From Eledone cirrhosa (Eukaryota), in assembly GCA_964016885.1 (NCBI GenBank), contig OZ024740.1, positions 77,686,001 to 77,750,000 on the forward strand: DNA of 64,000 nucleotides, given 5' to 3'. The stretch's first letter is position 1; every line of letters begins with the position of its first letter. Position numbers and translations under genes: made by a program. Shown here one piece after another: positions 24,765-39,110 of this stretch. A model generated the notes under the pieces. The model saw only the letters and a program-made list of their open reading frames with translations, searched no databases and was not told the origin of the DNA.

Positions 24765-26830
24765 AGCAGATATGCTGTGGGTCACAGTTTGGTACGCTGA
24801 AAGGCCTTCAGATTCACAGGTGGAGATGGTATATGCAGAACTACAATGTCAATCTGACAATAAGCAGTGTTAAAGCCAAAGCCTCTGTCGAGGATAGCGA
24901 GAGCAAGCCTATGATGATCACATGGACTAGGGAAGGGGTCGGCACCCTTTTGGGGTGTGCGGGCTACATTGCTAATCTGTGTCTCGTCGGTGGGCCACAT
25001 AACTATGCCGTGTCTTGTCGGGAGGCCACATAGCTATGCAGTGTCTCGTCGGTAGGCCATGATATCAAAATATAATAAATTTACTTGACCTCAGACTGCT
25101 CTGGTCTAGGGCAAATATATTGTCGACCTACAAGGAGTTTGAAAGTGCAGCACTAAAGAAGATGAAAAGCAAATTAATAAGGGGCTGTTAACGAAAGGCT
25201 CCAGATACCTGCCAATTTGACCTACCACACAAGTGAGGAAATGTTTTCTCACTAAATGGAGATGGGAAGAAGAATGTACCAGGCTGCAAAAGCAGGAGGA
25301 GTCTCCACATGGAAGCGGTTAAGAAGGAGAATGTGTCGAGGAGCAGATGTATTGAGGCACGGGAAGTAAAAAAAGTGCCTCGAAATGGCTGTACAAGGAT
25401 GTTAAGAATCGCACCTGTCAAATGGCATGAATTGAGAGAAGAAATGAAAGAAGACTGCTCAAGCGACAGTGCCGAAGGTGATTCATCGAAGATCCATTAA
25501 AGTAGGCTAATGGGCTGTTTCAGAAGAACAGAAACGGTGGCCTGACATACAGCAAGGAGGAACTGGAGTCACACTTGCACAATGCGTATAGTGATAATCT
25601 CTGAAGTCTCCCTATGCCACCAATACAGGGACATACCAAATTCGACAGCAGTCAGAGCAGAATTTGACCTTGGTGATCTTCGAATAAAGGAAATCTGGGA
25701 CTTCATAAATAAAGCACAATCAAAGTGTGTGCCAAGCGAGGATGGGGTGCCATAAACTGTTTACAATGTGTCCCACCCACTCTGACCAACAGAGTGTTTC
25801 TCATTTTTAGAAGAGCTTGGTGGGAGAAGCTGATTATGGATCACTGGTCAATAGCGGAAGGAATCTACCTTCCAAAGGACCAGAACTCGTCAATACTTGA
25901 CCACTTTAGGCCAATTTCCCTACTGAATTTACATGGGAAAATATTCTTTGAGATAATTGCTAGACTAGTGATGACATTTCTCTTGGCTAATGGCTAATGA
26001 ATACATTGATGGCACTGTATAGAAAGCTGGCATCTCAGGTGTATCGGGATGCATAGAACATGTGAACATGATCTGTGAGGCCATATACAAACAGCCAAGG
26101 GGGAGAAAAGTGGTAGTCGTGTGGTTTGATCTGTCAAATACTTTCCGGTCAGTCCCATACAATATGCTTGAATTTGCTATGAACCTCCTCTGGATCCCTT
26201 CAGGGGTAGGGAAACTCACGATGTTTTACCACAAAGAACTTTACAACAGCGTGGCACAAGCTGGAAGTGGGGATTGCAGCTGGCTGCACATTATCAGTCA
26301 TTTGGTTTTTGCTTGGAATGGAAGTTATCCTGAGGGTGCAACCTTGCACGACCGTGAAATGAAGATTCGCTCACCAAAGAAAGCCTTCATAGATAACCTA
26401 GCATTATTAACAAAAGACGAGAAGTCAATGGTGAAAATCCTGCGCAAACTAGATGAAGTAATAAGTTGGGGGAGGATGCGCTTCAAAGTAAAGACACTTG
26501 CCAAAAGAAAGCAAAGAGAAGTGAAGTATGAGGTCACGGGAGAGGGTATGTCAACGATAGCGGGAAAGTATGTGAAGAGTTTAGGAAGGCTGTACTATAG
26601 GCCACTCAGTGATAGAAAAGGGGGATTTAAAAGCCAGATGGCCTAAGAAGAACTTTCAGTGATAGATAAAACATTACTGCTAGGCACGTTCATGTTCTGG
26701 TGTATGCGATTTTTACTGTACCCCAGACTGCAGTAGGCACTAATGTTCTATGAAATCACACTAACACGTATCGAGACCATTGAGCGGAAATGCAATATCT
26801 GTATATTCGCAAATGGCTAGGGTTGCGACG
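24765..26830 (+). pseudogene. Decayed RLE-type non-LTR retrotransposon (HERO-like), N-terminal zinc finger plus RT
   Basis: ICCGSQFGTLKGLQIH; WSIAEGIYLPK..S..HFRPISLLNLHGKIFF..IA....FL..NG.YID..V*KAGISGVSGCIEH; VVWFDLSNTFRSVPY; GIAAGCTLS; KAFIDNL; RMRFK; VKSLGRLY. Many stops and frameshifts. Confidence 0.8.
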
Positions 26831-27319
26831 AATCTTTGCCACACACACGCCCACACACTCTCTCACTCTCTCACACACACACGCGCGCGCTCACACATAT
26901 ATATGCATATATATATAGATAGATTTCTTTATTATGTATATATATATAGATAGATAGATAGATACATACATACATATACATAGATATATACATATATATA
27001 TATTTATACATATATATAGAGAGAGAGGTAGAACACTGGAAGGTAATATCCGTAGTGGTACGAGTTAGGAAGAAGTGGTAACACAACAGTGGTAAGACTT
27101 CCACATGTATATAAGAGTGGAAGTGAATACAATGGAAGTTGCATTGCTCGGCCAGCATCGACGATAAGATAATATATATATAAGTTGTAGGTGCAGAAAA
27201 TAACCTCACTTACAATCAGTTGCTATAAAATAACTTGTAAAAATCAGGCTAAGACCCTCCCTTAGAGACGGAAAAAGATGTTTACAGCGGTCATACATAA
27301 ACAACTCTGAATTATAGAT

Positions 27320-27530
27320 CTACATGGCAGTATCGGTAGAGGGTTGGACGCCATGCTTTGCAGCATAGAGTTACGGCCATTTATGGTCTGAGTTCAAATC
27401 TCGCCGAGGTTAACTTTGCCTTTCATCGTCGATAAAATAAAGTACCAGTCATGCACTGGGGTCGATTTAATCGACTTACCCCTCCACCCAAAATATGCTG
27501 GCCTTGTGCCTATATAAGAAACCATTATAT
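27320..27530 (+). mobile_element. tRNA-derived SINE, near full length
   Basis: TGGCAG.ATCGGTAGAG head, GAGTTCAAATC B-box, central GCCGAGGTTAACTTTGCCTTTCATC..GTCGATAAAATAAAGTACCAG, tail GCTGGCCTTGTGCC. Confidence 0.85.
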
Positions 27531-28269
27531 AGAAATTACTCAGTACATATGTTTTTCCTATTCTGGTGTAACGTCAGACCAGTACTGATCTAGTAAGTCT
27601 ATGGTCAAAGCTATTCTAACCACAACTATACTTTTCCTTCTTCCAGTTACTTCTGTGCGCCTATACACTTTTCCTTGACTGTTCCTCTCTCAATCTTATC
27701 TATGTTTCATCTGTCTATCGCCCACTTCGTAGATTGACTCTCAGCCGACCGCTGGCTGCTGGTCTCTGTTCCGAGGAATGTTTGCCCTTGGCTCTTTTAA
27801 CATCATTTGGTTGTTTTAATACCTGTTCTATTGTAGATTTTTCTCATTTGTTTTATGAATTCTAATATACTCTCGCTTCGTCTCGGCAAGAGACATCAAT
27901 GTTTATTGATAACTATACTGTTTTCATTCAAACATAATATACCTAGGATTCTATTATCAAATATGTCCTACACTTTTAAAGAATTTATAGTCAGATTTTG
28001 TGAAAGTATTTCTCGCAGGTTGCGCTACTTCATAAATGCTTTCCTGGTTGACTGGAGGGTGGGTGGGTGGGGGCTAAATTAGACAACTAAAAGTTGTAAG
28101 ATAAATATTTGTTTTAAACTGATGTTGGTAATTTGCGGGAACAAGTGGATAGATAAAGGATCCTGGGTGTAGTTGTTTTAGGATGGGAATGGAACGACTT
28201 AGAAAATGTCTGGGAACTAAGGTTTTAGGGGAAATGTTTACTGTGGAAACTGTGGGATATTGGCGCTTC

Positions 28270-28302
<33 letters not shown>

Positions 28303-28849
28303 TATCTATACACACACACGCACATATATATATATATGGCGTGTCAGATGAATATGTGTTTCGTATATGTGCATATATATATATATATGTGTGTATGTGG
28401 TCTTAGCGCATATGTATGTGAATGCGTGATTTTCTGTATATATATGTGTGTGTGTATGTACGTAAGTGTGCGTAAGTGTGTGTGTGTGTATGTGTATGTG
28501 TGTGGGTGTGTGTGTGTTCATGTTTGTGTGTTTGCATGTGTGTATGTGTGTTTGTGTTTGTCCAAACTGTGTGAATGGAATAGAAGAGTGAGATTTGTGT
28601 GAACCTCATATGTCAATACAATCTCAAGGTCATTGGGACGGCGTGGGATTAAAGGTCAGTGGGTCACCACTAGCATCAACAACAACAACAAAAGCACAGC
28701 AACAACAACTTTAGAAGTTAATATCACCAGCATCATTTCCATTATTATTATCGTCACCAACATCGCCACCCTTTTCATCAACGTTGTTATCAATACTACT
28801 GTCATTTCAAGCCGCAGCCCCCAACTCCCATAATTATTAAACCCCCCAC

Positions 28850-30570
28850 ACCACCACCATCACCATCATTACCTCCGTCACCATCACCGTCACCACAACC
28901 GTCACCCCCACCGTCACCTTCATCACAACCATCACAATCATTAGAACCACCACCACCACCACCACCGACACGATCATTGCTATTATCGCTACCACCATCA
29001 TCCCCACCGTTGCGATCATCGCCGCCATCGTTACCACTGTCGGCACAACCATCACCATCGCTGTCATCACCACCGTCACCATCGTTACCACTGTCGTTAC
29101 AACCACCACCACCACCGTCACCATCGTTACCACTGTCACTACAACCATCACCATCATTACCACCACCATCACCTACAACACCCCCACCACCACCACTACC
29201 ACCACCACCACCGTCAGCAGTACATCCTCATCACCCATACCACCACCCTCCCCCTCCTCCATAACTACAACCACCACCATCATCAACACCACATCAGCCA
29301 CCTCCACAACCATACCTCTAGTATATATTTTTACTTCATCATTTACCACCATCACCATCACCATCACCATCACCATCACCACCATCACCATCACCATCAC
29401 CATCACCACCATCACCACCATCACCACCATCACCATCATCACCACCATCACCATCACCACCATCACCACCATCACCATCACCACCACCATCACCCCCATC
29501 ACCACCATCACCATCATCACCACCATCACCATCACCACCATCACCATCACCACCATCACCATCACCATCACCATCACCACCATCACCACCATCACCACCA
29601 TCACCATCACCACCATCATCACCACCATCACCATCATCACCACCATCACCATCACCACCATCACCATCACCACCATCACCATCACCACCATCATCACCAC
29701 CATCACCATCACCACCATCACCATCACCACCATCACCATCACCACCATCATCACCACCATCACCATCACCACCATCACCATCACCACCATCACCATCATC
29801 ACCACCATCACCACCATCGCCACCATCACCATCATCACCACCATCACCATCACCACCATCACCATCATCACCACCATCAACACCATCGCCACCATCACCA
29901 TCATCACCATCATCACCACCACCACCATCACCATCATCACCACCATCACCATCATCATCATCAACACTATCATCATCACCATCACCATCATCGCCATCAT
30001 CACCACCACCACCATCACCACCATCACCATCATCACCACCATCACCATCATCACCACCATCACCATCATCACCACCATCACCATCATCATCATCAACACT
30101 ATCATCACCATCACCATCATCACCACCATCACCATCACCATCATCAACACTATCAACACTATCATCACCATCATCACCACCATCACCATCATCGCCATCA
30201 TCACCATCACCACCATCACCATCATCACCACCATCACCATCACCATCATCACCACCATCACCATCATCATCATCGCCATCACCACCATCGCCATCGTCGT
30301 CGTCGCCGTCATCATTATCACTACTTTCATCGTTATCATCACGGTCTTGGCCATCATCATCATCATCTTAACTAACATCATCATCATCATAATCATCATT
30401 ATACTCATCACCACCATCATCATCACTACCGTTATCGCCATCATCATCTTAGTCATCATCATCATCATCACCACCATCATCATTACCATCATCGCCATCA
30501 TCATAGTCATCATCATCATCATCATCGCCATTATCATCATAGTCATCATCATCATCGTCACCATCCTCAG
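28850..30570. repeat. ~1.7-kb (CAC/CAT)n compound trinucleotide satellite
   Basis: Direct reading; it explains the poly-M/V ORFs. Confidence 0.95.
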
Positions 30571-31049
30571 TTAGTGTGATATTCAATATAAAAACCAAAT
30601 CAGAATGCACGCTCTCCTCTTTTTTTAGTTGTGGTGGCCTTCACCTGGGGTGAGTTGAGCCAGCTCCATCGAAGGGGTGTAAGTTCATTTCAATGGAGTT
30701 TCTTCAGGCGATTGGTTTCATGGGCGGTGCTGAGCCACGGGTATATGTAATTTAAGATAGTGCAATCCAAGCATTGTATCGGTTATAGTGCCGAGCTCTC
30801 ACTTTCACAGTCAACCCAATTTGGTGGAGACAGTGCCGCGACGGGGACACATGGGAGGGAGTTTGGCCGACAGAGGTGATAAACACAACCTATTTGAGCC
30901 ACTTTGTAGGCCAGCAAGAGCTCACCCCACTACCCAGCTCAGTCATACTGACCCTCGTCACTCCTCCTCCTTCAGCTCAACTCCACTCATTATGACAGCC
31001 TGACTCATTGGAGCATGAGTACAACGCTTTACTTAGTATATTACCTCAA

Positions 31050-31225
31050 TTAGTAATGGTTTCTGATTTAACCACCTGACCAACAATTTTTGGGGAGGTG
31101 AAAGTCGATTAAATCGACCCCAGTCCGTTACTGGTACTTCCTTTTATCGACCCCGTAAGGATAAACGGCAAAGCTAACCTCAGTGGGATTTGAACTCAGA
31201 ACGTAAAGGGTCGTATCTAAATGCC
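31050..31225 (-). mobile_element. SINE copy (dominant family)
   Basis: Reverse complement of the central domain and B-box (GATTTGAACTCAGA). Confidence 0.8.
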
Positions 31226-31724
31226 AATTGATAATGTAGTATGTATGTTAGGTTTCTAACTGTTTAACTCAGCTCTAATATAGCCCTTCTCCTACTTTCC
31301 CATACAGTAAGATCTGCCTTTCTTTACACCTCACCTCTGTTCTTTGCTTGGTTTCGTTTTTATCTTTTTTCTTTTTCTTTCATATTTCCATTAATATTTG
31401 TAATGTTGCTTATACAACTGTGAATAGATTTAATTTTATGGCAGAATAAAACAAAGCTTTTTGCTTTTTAATATTTAAAAAAAAATTCTAACATTATAGA
31501 TAAAACAATCATAGTGCAACAGTTGATAAAAATTTAGCTATGGCACAATAGTATAGCTGTTATTATATTCCTTTAACCGTTTCATTCATCGGACTGAGGC
31601 TATACTGGGGCACCACCTTTAAACAATTTAGTCTATCATATCAACCCCGGTACATAATTCTTTCAAGTCTAATTCATATTTTATCGATCTCTTTTTGTTG
31701 AACTGCTGGAGTTGTCATTTAGAA

Positions 31725-31895
31725 ATAATTGCTTCTACTTTAGGCACAAGGCCAGCAATTACCCAGTGCATTACTGGTACTTTATTTTATCGACCCCGTA
31801 AGGATGAAAGGCAAAGTCAACCTCGGCGGGATTTGAACTCAGATCGTAAAGGGACGTAACTATGCTGGAAGGCATGGCGTCCGACCCTCTACATG
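31725..31895 (-). mobile_element. SINE copy (dominant family, short-tail subtype)
   Basis: GGCACAAGGCCAGCAATTACCCAGTGCATTACTGGTAC..TATCGACCCCGTAAGGATGAAAGGCAAAGTCAACCTCGGCGGGATTTGAACTC. Confidence 0.85.
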
Positions 31896-32154
31896 CGAGC
31901 TTGACTAGCCAGAATTAATTGGCAGTACTACTAACATAGCGGGATTCGCAATGAAGGTGCATAAGAAAGCATATTCGATATGTATATAAACTACCATATT
32001 CTCATCTCAGTAATGAGTGAGTAAATGCCACCGATGATGAATAAAGGTCCAGAAAGCATAAGTCTGGCGTTTTCACATGGCTTTAATCTGATCACAAATT
32101 AAAACATTCGTAGCGACACTTATGTATGTTTACTATACATAACCATATTCTATA

Positions 32155-33340
32155 CGAAGTTTGTCTCAAAAGTAAAAGTACTGATTTTCATATGTCCGAC
32201 ATGATAATGCAGCACCTTGTTATATTTGTTTCAACATGATCGATTGAGACAGTCGTGAGTTATTGCTTTTTAAGTACAGCCATGTTTATAACCCCTGTTA
32301 TGTTTGTGATGCAAGAAAATATCCAACTACAGTACGCGATCAAAATCTGTGTCAAACTCCACAAATCCTCCACCGAAACATTTTATTATTTAACACACGC
32401 TTATGGAGATGTCCCTCTATCGACATGTAATATTTTTAAGTGCTCCAAAGCTTTCAAAGAGGGCCGAGAAAATGTTGAAGACGAACCTCGTTCTGGAAGA
32501 CCAATCTCGTCAATAAATCAACAAAATATGGAAGTGGTGCCAGCAGTGATGACGAAAGATCACCAATTAATTGTTAGAATAATTGCAGAAGGAACGGGCT
32601 TGAATAAAAATGCAATTCACAAAATTTTAACAAACCATTTGCACATGTGAAAAATGTGTGCAAAACTAGTGCCAAAACGTTTGTCTGTGGAGCAAAAAGT
32701 AAACCGAATGTTTAGAATTGTCAGGAATTGCTAGAAAGACTCGAAATTAAGTCAAATTTATTGGATGAAATAATAACAGATTAATTATGGGTGTTCGAGT
32801 ACAATCCAGAAACAAACTGGCTAAGTGATACACGAAAAATTCTCATCGTCTAAAGAAAGCTCGCATGAGCAGATCCAGGAAGAAAACGATGATTATCATT
32901 TTTTTCGACACAAAAACCTTTTACTTCCAGGACACAGTTAATCACACCTTCGGCAAAGATATCTTGGAATGACTTTGCAAATGGATACAGCGAATCCGAA
33001 CGGACATTGCAGAAGATTGGGTACTGCACCACGATAACACGCTTGCCCACACTGCACTTTCAATTAGAGAATTTCTGGCGAAGAAAAGCATTCCCACTTT
33101 TCCACATCCTCCATACAGCCTAGATCTAGTTCCGTGTGATTTCTACCTCTTCCCTAAGTTGAAATTAAAGTTGAAGGCTCATCATGTTGGGACTGTGGAA
33201 AACAGAAAAAATTGCAACCGACAAGCTAAGGTCACTCATAAAAAATGACTTCCGGTACTGTTACGATCAATGGAAAAAACGTTGGAACCATTGTGTGACT
33301 TCCCAGGGGAAGTATTTTCAAGGAGATAACTTATAATTTC
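32155..33340 (+). mobile_element. Decayed mariner (Tc1/mariner) transposon
   Basis: TA followed by a CGAAGTTTGTCTCAAAAGTA TIR-like start. QYAIKICVKL.KS.TET..L..AYG; FKEGRENVEDEPRSGRP; KMCAKLVPKRL; WVFEYNPET; LHHDN..AH; HPPYSLDLVPCDFYLFPKLK; W..RW..CV...G.YF. Stops and deletions. Confidence 0.9.
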
Positions 33341-34159
33341 ATGTCCATGTATGTATGTATGTATGTATGTATGTATGTATGATCCCGTATCTCCTGACAG
33401 AGTCGTAGGGGCACCGTATTGACATACGGCTTTTCTTGTGCATTTTAAGCCTGGCAGAGTCGATCCTTCTCCAGGCCTACATCTAATATACATTAGAATA
33501 AAACATCAATACTTTTACTTATTGGGACAAACGACACAGACTTCTTTATAATGAACCATGCCATGTTAGTGTTACTGCTAATCCATTTTTATGTCTGTGT
33601 GTCTGTCTCTGTTTGTGTAAGGAAATCTCTGTGTGTTGAAATCCATGTGTGTATAAGTCCGTGAGTATGTGTAAGTATGTGTGTGTAGGTCTCTGTGTGT
33701 ATGTGTAAGTCTGTGTGTGTATGCGTATGTGTAATTCAGTTTATGTGTGTGTGCGCGCGCATGTGTAAGTATGTGTGTGCGTGTATATGTAAGTCTGTGT
33801 GTGTGTGTGTGTGTGTGTAGGTATGTGTATGTGCGTATGGTTACGTCTGTGTGTATGTGTGTGTGTGCATGTGTAAATCTATGTGTATGCGTATGTGTAA
33901 ATCTGTGTGTGAGTGAGTGTTTCTGTGTATATCTGAGAAAATGTGTGTCTGTGTGTATGTATAAGAGAGTTGCAGCAATTCAATGGAGAAGTCTATATTA
34001 ATAGTGAAGAGTAGCGAGGTCATAGCTGGTCAAAGCTGGTCATAGCTGGTCATAGCCAGCTACATGTGATGGCTCTAATAATAACACCACGGGGGAAACT
34101 TAATAAATGAGAGAATATAAAGAGATTTGATGTGCTTCGGTGAATGAAGTCTATAATTT

Positions 34160-34625
<466 letters not shown>

Positions 34626-34794
34626 TGAGTATGCGTGTGTTTGTGTGTATAATTATTAAGGCCAGTTAATACAACGGAGCCATGCAAAGAACGTACGTTT
34701 CGTTAGCCTGGGGGACCAACGTTTTCGACCTAAGATGGTGGAAAGGAACCCTATACATTATACATATATATAGATATTCATATATATATACACA

Positions 34795-35160
34795 TTCTTC
34801 TTGCTCTTGCTCGACAAGGCCGGGGTCATCCTAAGCCAGTGATCACAAAAGCATCCTCATGCGCAGAGTCGACCAGGTCCACTAGCGCCCTCCTTCGCTG
34901 GTGATTCTGTGCCAGCTTCTTTGTATCCTCCAAGATGATGTCGAGCCTCTGGAGATCCTCCATAATGACATCTACCTATCTGGTGAGGGGCCTGTCGCGT
35001 GGCCGCTTCCAGCCTCCTGCAGCCGCTGCGTCGAACGGGAACGAGGCATTGATAGGATGATCTGTTGGAAACCTGAGGACATGTCCGTACTCAGGGTTCT
35101 GCTATCGAAGCTGTCAATTCTCTTTGCCAGAGTATTTGTGAGGGGCCATGTTTCTACTAC
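34795..35160 (-). mobile_element. 3' fragment of an RTE-like LINE
   Basis: Minus strand reads GWKRPRDRPLTR*VDVIMEDL.....LAQN..RRRALV, the R..GRP..W.D....DL...AQ.R..WR C-terminal pattern, followed by a short UTR and a GAA-like tail. Confidence 0.6.
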
Positions 35161-35632
35161 ATACATATACATATATATAAACATATACACATACATATAC
35201 ATCTATATACACATACATATACATCTATATATAAACAAATATATATATTTATATACATACATATACACACATACATATGTATGTACCCGTAACTCACGTT
35301 ATTTCTTGAGCATTTTTTATACCTAGCGGAGTTCATCCCCTCTCTAGGTCTAAATACAGCAGATTTAGACCTAGAGAAGAAGAAAATGATAGAGAGGACG
35401 AGAGAAAGAGATACAGAGGCAGAATCGGTCCAACATTGGACTGGTACTTTTTTTATCGACCTCGAAAAGGAGGCATATGAACTCAGAGTACAGAGAGCCG
35501 GAACGAATACCGAAACGTATTCTAGTTAACGTGCGTATACTGACACACACACCCGTATATATATATATGTTTGTATGTGTGTATGTATATATATATGCAT
35601 ATATATACATATACATATATATATGTGTGTGT

Positions 35633-37680
35633 GTGATAAATAACTTATACGAGCAGCCATTTTGAAAACATCTTTTTTACTTCAATTTTGACTTGTATTT
35701 ATCCCATAAATAAATACAAGGGAATTCAAAAGTTTGGTGCAGAGCGCTTTTGTCATATAAAATGTCATATAAAATGTTACTTGTTTAAATATCTCCTTAT
35801 AATATATAACCAGCAATTTCTCTGTCTATCTGTCCGACGCGTAGAGAGAGAGTGAGAGTGAAAGAAAGAGACAGACTACAAGAGGGAGATAGAGGGAGGG
35901 AGAGAGAGAGACGCTGGAAGAGGGGAAGGAAAGCTATGTCTTGCTGTCTGCATTACGATACATATATATATGTACACACACACACTGAGCGCGTCATAAT
36001 GACGTAATGCAGACAGCCAGACATACAGACAGATATTATAAGGGCGCAACGTTATATCTATGTATCTATCTAAAAAGAAAGACTAAGAATTATATAGAGA
36101 GAACGCTAAATCGCCTAATGCGGTCCCTAGGGCATTGAAAATTTGAAATAATTTTTGCTCAAAACACTCACAGGACCATAAGTATTACATGTCTAAAGTT
36201 TGAAAACAATCGGTTGGATGGTTCTCAAGTTTTAGTGAGCTGACAGACAGACAGACATTCTCTGTTTTAGATATATAGACTAGCAGAAAACCGCCCACGA
36301 GTGGTTTTCTGCTAGTCTATGTATATAAAACTGAGGATGTCTGTCTGTGTGTGTGTGTGAGTTCGAATCCCTAAAACTCGAGAACCACCCAACCGACTGT
36401 TTTCAAACTTTACACATGTAATACTTATGTTTCAGGGAGTGTTCTGAGCAAAACAAAATTCAAATTTTCATTGCCCCAAGGACCGCATTAGCCGATTTAG
36501 CGATCTCTCTCTATAATTCTTAGTCTTTCTTTTTAGATAGATACATACATATAACGTCGCGCCCTTATAATATCTGTCTGTATGTCTGGCTGACTGCATT
36601 ACGTCACTTTCCTGAGGATGTGTGTATGTGTGTGTGTGTGCGTCTGTGAGTTTGAATCCCTAAAACTCCAGAAGTACCCAACCGATTTTTTTTCAAAATT
36701 CAAACTTTTTTTTTTCAAAATTCAACTTTTTTTATCATTAGGTGAAAAACTGCGTTTTTAAAGATTTTTAGGGGTTTTTTGAGGCGTTACGTCAGAACGA
36801 TTTCCTTGAAATTGTAACTATGTATTAGTCAGTCTCTTCTTCATACCGTAAGCAAAAAAAATCTAACTTTCTTATGGCATTAGGTGAATAATTTCATTTT
36901 TTCAGCTTCTTAGGGCTTTTTTAAGGCGTTACGTCTAGCCGATTTTCCCGAAATATGCACATAAAAAAAATTCATTTTCTTGATCCTCTAGGGCCCGCAT
37001 TAGGTGAAAACCTGCATTTTTCCTGCTTCATCGAGGAAAATCTTAAAGATTATCCATCCATCAGAGTATTCGGTTTATTTTCTTTACATTTTGTCCAGGC
37101 ATGCAGTTTTTCCACGATTAAGTCTGTTGGCGGCCCGCGTTCCAAAATACCTTATCCCGTGCAACGCCGGGTACCATTGCTAGTTAGCAATAAAAATGAA
37201 GTTCACTTTAAACTACTTCGACACTTGTTGCTATATAGAAATAGTAAGAAAATAGCTTATTAGTAGACTCTATTTGTTCAACCTGAGTCCACAGCATCTT
37301 AGAATGCACTGCTGTTTTCCAGAAAACTACCTCTTTGGCTTCATTTGTGTCACGTTCCTGGCAATAATTTGTGTATGTTTCCGTCAAGGACCAGGGAATA
37401 TTCTCGATTTTCTGTTTCGCTGCAAACTAAAATAACATATGTTGAAAAGTCAACAGAGTCAGCAACTGGTAATGACAAGTGTTTTCTGCTCCTGAATAGA
37501 AAATCTCGTATTTCGAACGAAGTTTTAGCGTTACGTTGCTGCAAGTGAAAAGCCGCCTGAAAACCGTGAAACAATTTGACTGGTTTTTAATCTTATTTAG
37601 ATCGTTCACGGGGGACAATTCACGGCACCCCTTCCTAGCGAAATCCATCCTCTCTTTAGGTCAAAATACAACATATTTCT
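35633..37680 (+). repeat. Copy 1 of a local duplication (copy 2 at 40327-41020), interrupted by a Helitron
   Basis: 35633-35791 plus 37184-37680 match 40327-41020 at high identity with small indels. Confidence 0.92.
35792..37183 (+). mobile_element. Non-autonomous Helitron (1392 bp)
   Basis: Starts TC and ends with hairpin CCCG..CGGG plus CTAG. Inserted between A and T with no TSD; the empty site AAATA|TTAGC is in the paralog at 40481-40490. Confidence 0.9.
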
Positions 37681-38084
37681 TGTATCTATATATCATGTAT
37701 CTATATATCATGTATCAATATATATATATATATGGACGTATGTATGTATATATATATATATACATACATACAACCTCTATCTCACTCTCCTGTCCTACCT
37801 CTTTCCCTACTTTCTATTTAAATCTAACACACATCCACACAGACAAATACAAGCACACACACGCACACATAGACACACATCTTTAAATCTACAAAACATG
37901 TGTTTATGTGTGTACGTGCGCGTGTATTTATGTGTACATGTTTGTTTGTGTCTGTGTATTTACGTATATGTGTGTGTGTGTGTGTGTGTGTATGTGTGTA
38001 TATATATATGTGTGTGTGTGTGGAGTGGGTGGTGCGTGTGTGTGTGGATGTATTTTAGATATGGATATATATGTATGTGCAATT

Positions 38085-38260
38085 ATAATTGTTTCTACTT
38101 TAGGCACAAGGCCAGCAATTATCCCAGTGCATTACTGGTACTTTATTTTATCGACCCCGTAAGGATGATAGGTAAAGTTAACCTCGGCGGGATTTGAACT
38201 CAGACCGTAAAGGGTGGTAACTCTATGTTGCAAAGCATTGCGTCCGACCCCCTACCGATG
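38085..38260 (-). mobile_element. SINE copy (dominant family)
   Basis: Same motifs as 31725-31895. Confidence 0.85.
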
Positions 38261-38359
38261 TATCTCTGTGTGTCTCTCTCACTATAAAACAATGCCTAGA
38301 CACAAAATATATAAATATATACACATACAAAACCGTATTAATATATATATATATATGTA

Positions 38360-38653
38360 TATGCAAACACCGAGGGGGGGGGGGCTAACGCCCTCTGGTG
38401 ATTTCCAGCAGAAGCAAGGGGGACAACCGTCTATGCAATTCAGGTTTAACTGGCCTTCGTCAGGACGGTCCCTCCCACCGCTTGCGACTGCTGGACTGCA
38501 TAGACGGTTGTCTCCCTTGCTTCTGCTGGACATCACCAGAGGGCGTTAGCCCCCGGTGTTTGCATAGCTACGGCTTCCTAAAACTGTATTTCTTTGAAGA
38601 TACGAAATAGTTATACATATTGTATAAAGCTATGCTTGAAGCGAAATCCTATT

Positions 38654-38660
<7 letters not shown>
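38360..38660. mobile_element. Fold-back mini-element with an HHR (minus strand, 38426-38469), between (TA)n tracts
   Basis: Arms at 38360-38437 and 38497-38566. Minus strand reads ACCGTC-CTGACGA-AGG-ccagttaaa-CCT-GAAT-TGCA-TA-GACGGT. Its tail is also present, inverted, at 21730-21789. Confidence 0.8.
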
Positions 38661-38709
<49 letters not shown>

Positions 38710-38844
38710 GACAGCAAAATATGTCATGTTTGTCTCTATGTTAATATTTTCTAAAGTCTCTATATACCCGTATGTGTAATTGATTGTATGTGAAACACTA
38801 TGTGTATGTGTTTATGAGTGTATGTATACGTCTGGGAGGTGTGT

Positions 38845-38906
<62 letters not shown>

Positions 38907-38916
38907 GTGTGTGTGT

Positions 38917-38958
<42 letters not shown>

Positions 38959-39071
38959 TACCTTTATGTGTAGGTTTCTCTATATGTAGGTTTCTGTGTG
39001 ACACCTTTCTATATGTATATGTGCGTGAATATGTCTTTATGTATGACTGTATGTATATGTATCTATCTATC

Positions 39072-39110
<39 letters not shown>

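Noticed and set aside
27320-27410. tRNA genes at A/B-box motifs (also 41380, 49925, 56710)
   Set aside because: No cloverleaf is evident, and each continues into a SINE body and tail.
29173-30564. Met/Val-rich 463-aa ORF or poly-His protein
   Set aside because: It is a (CAC/CAT)n satellite with no splice or domain evidence.
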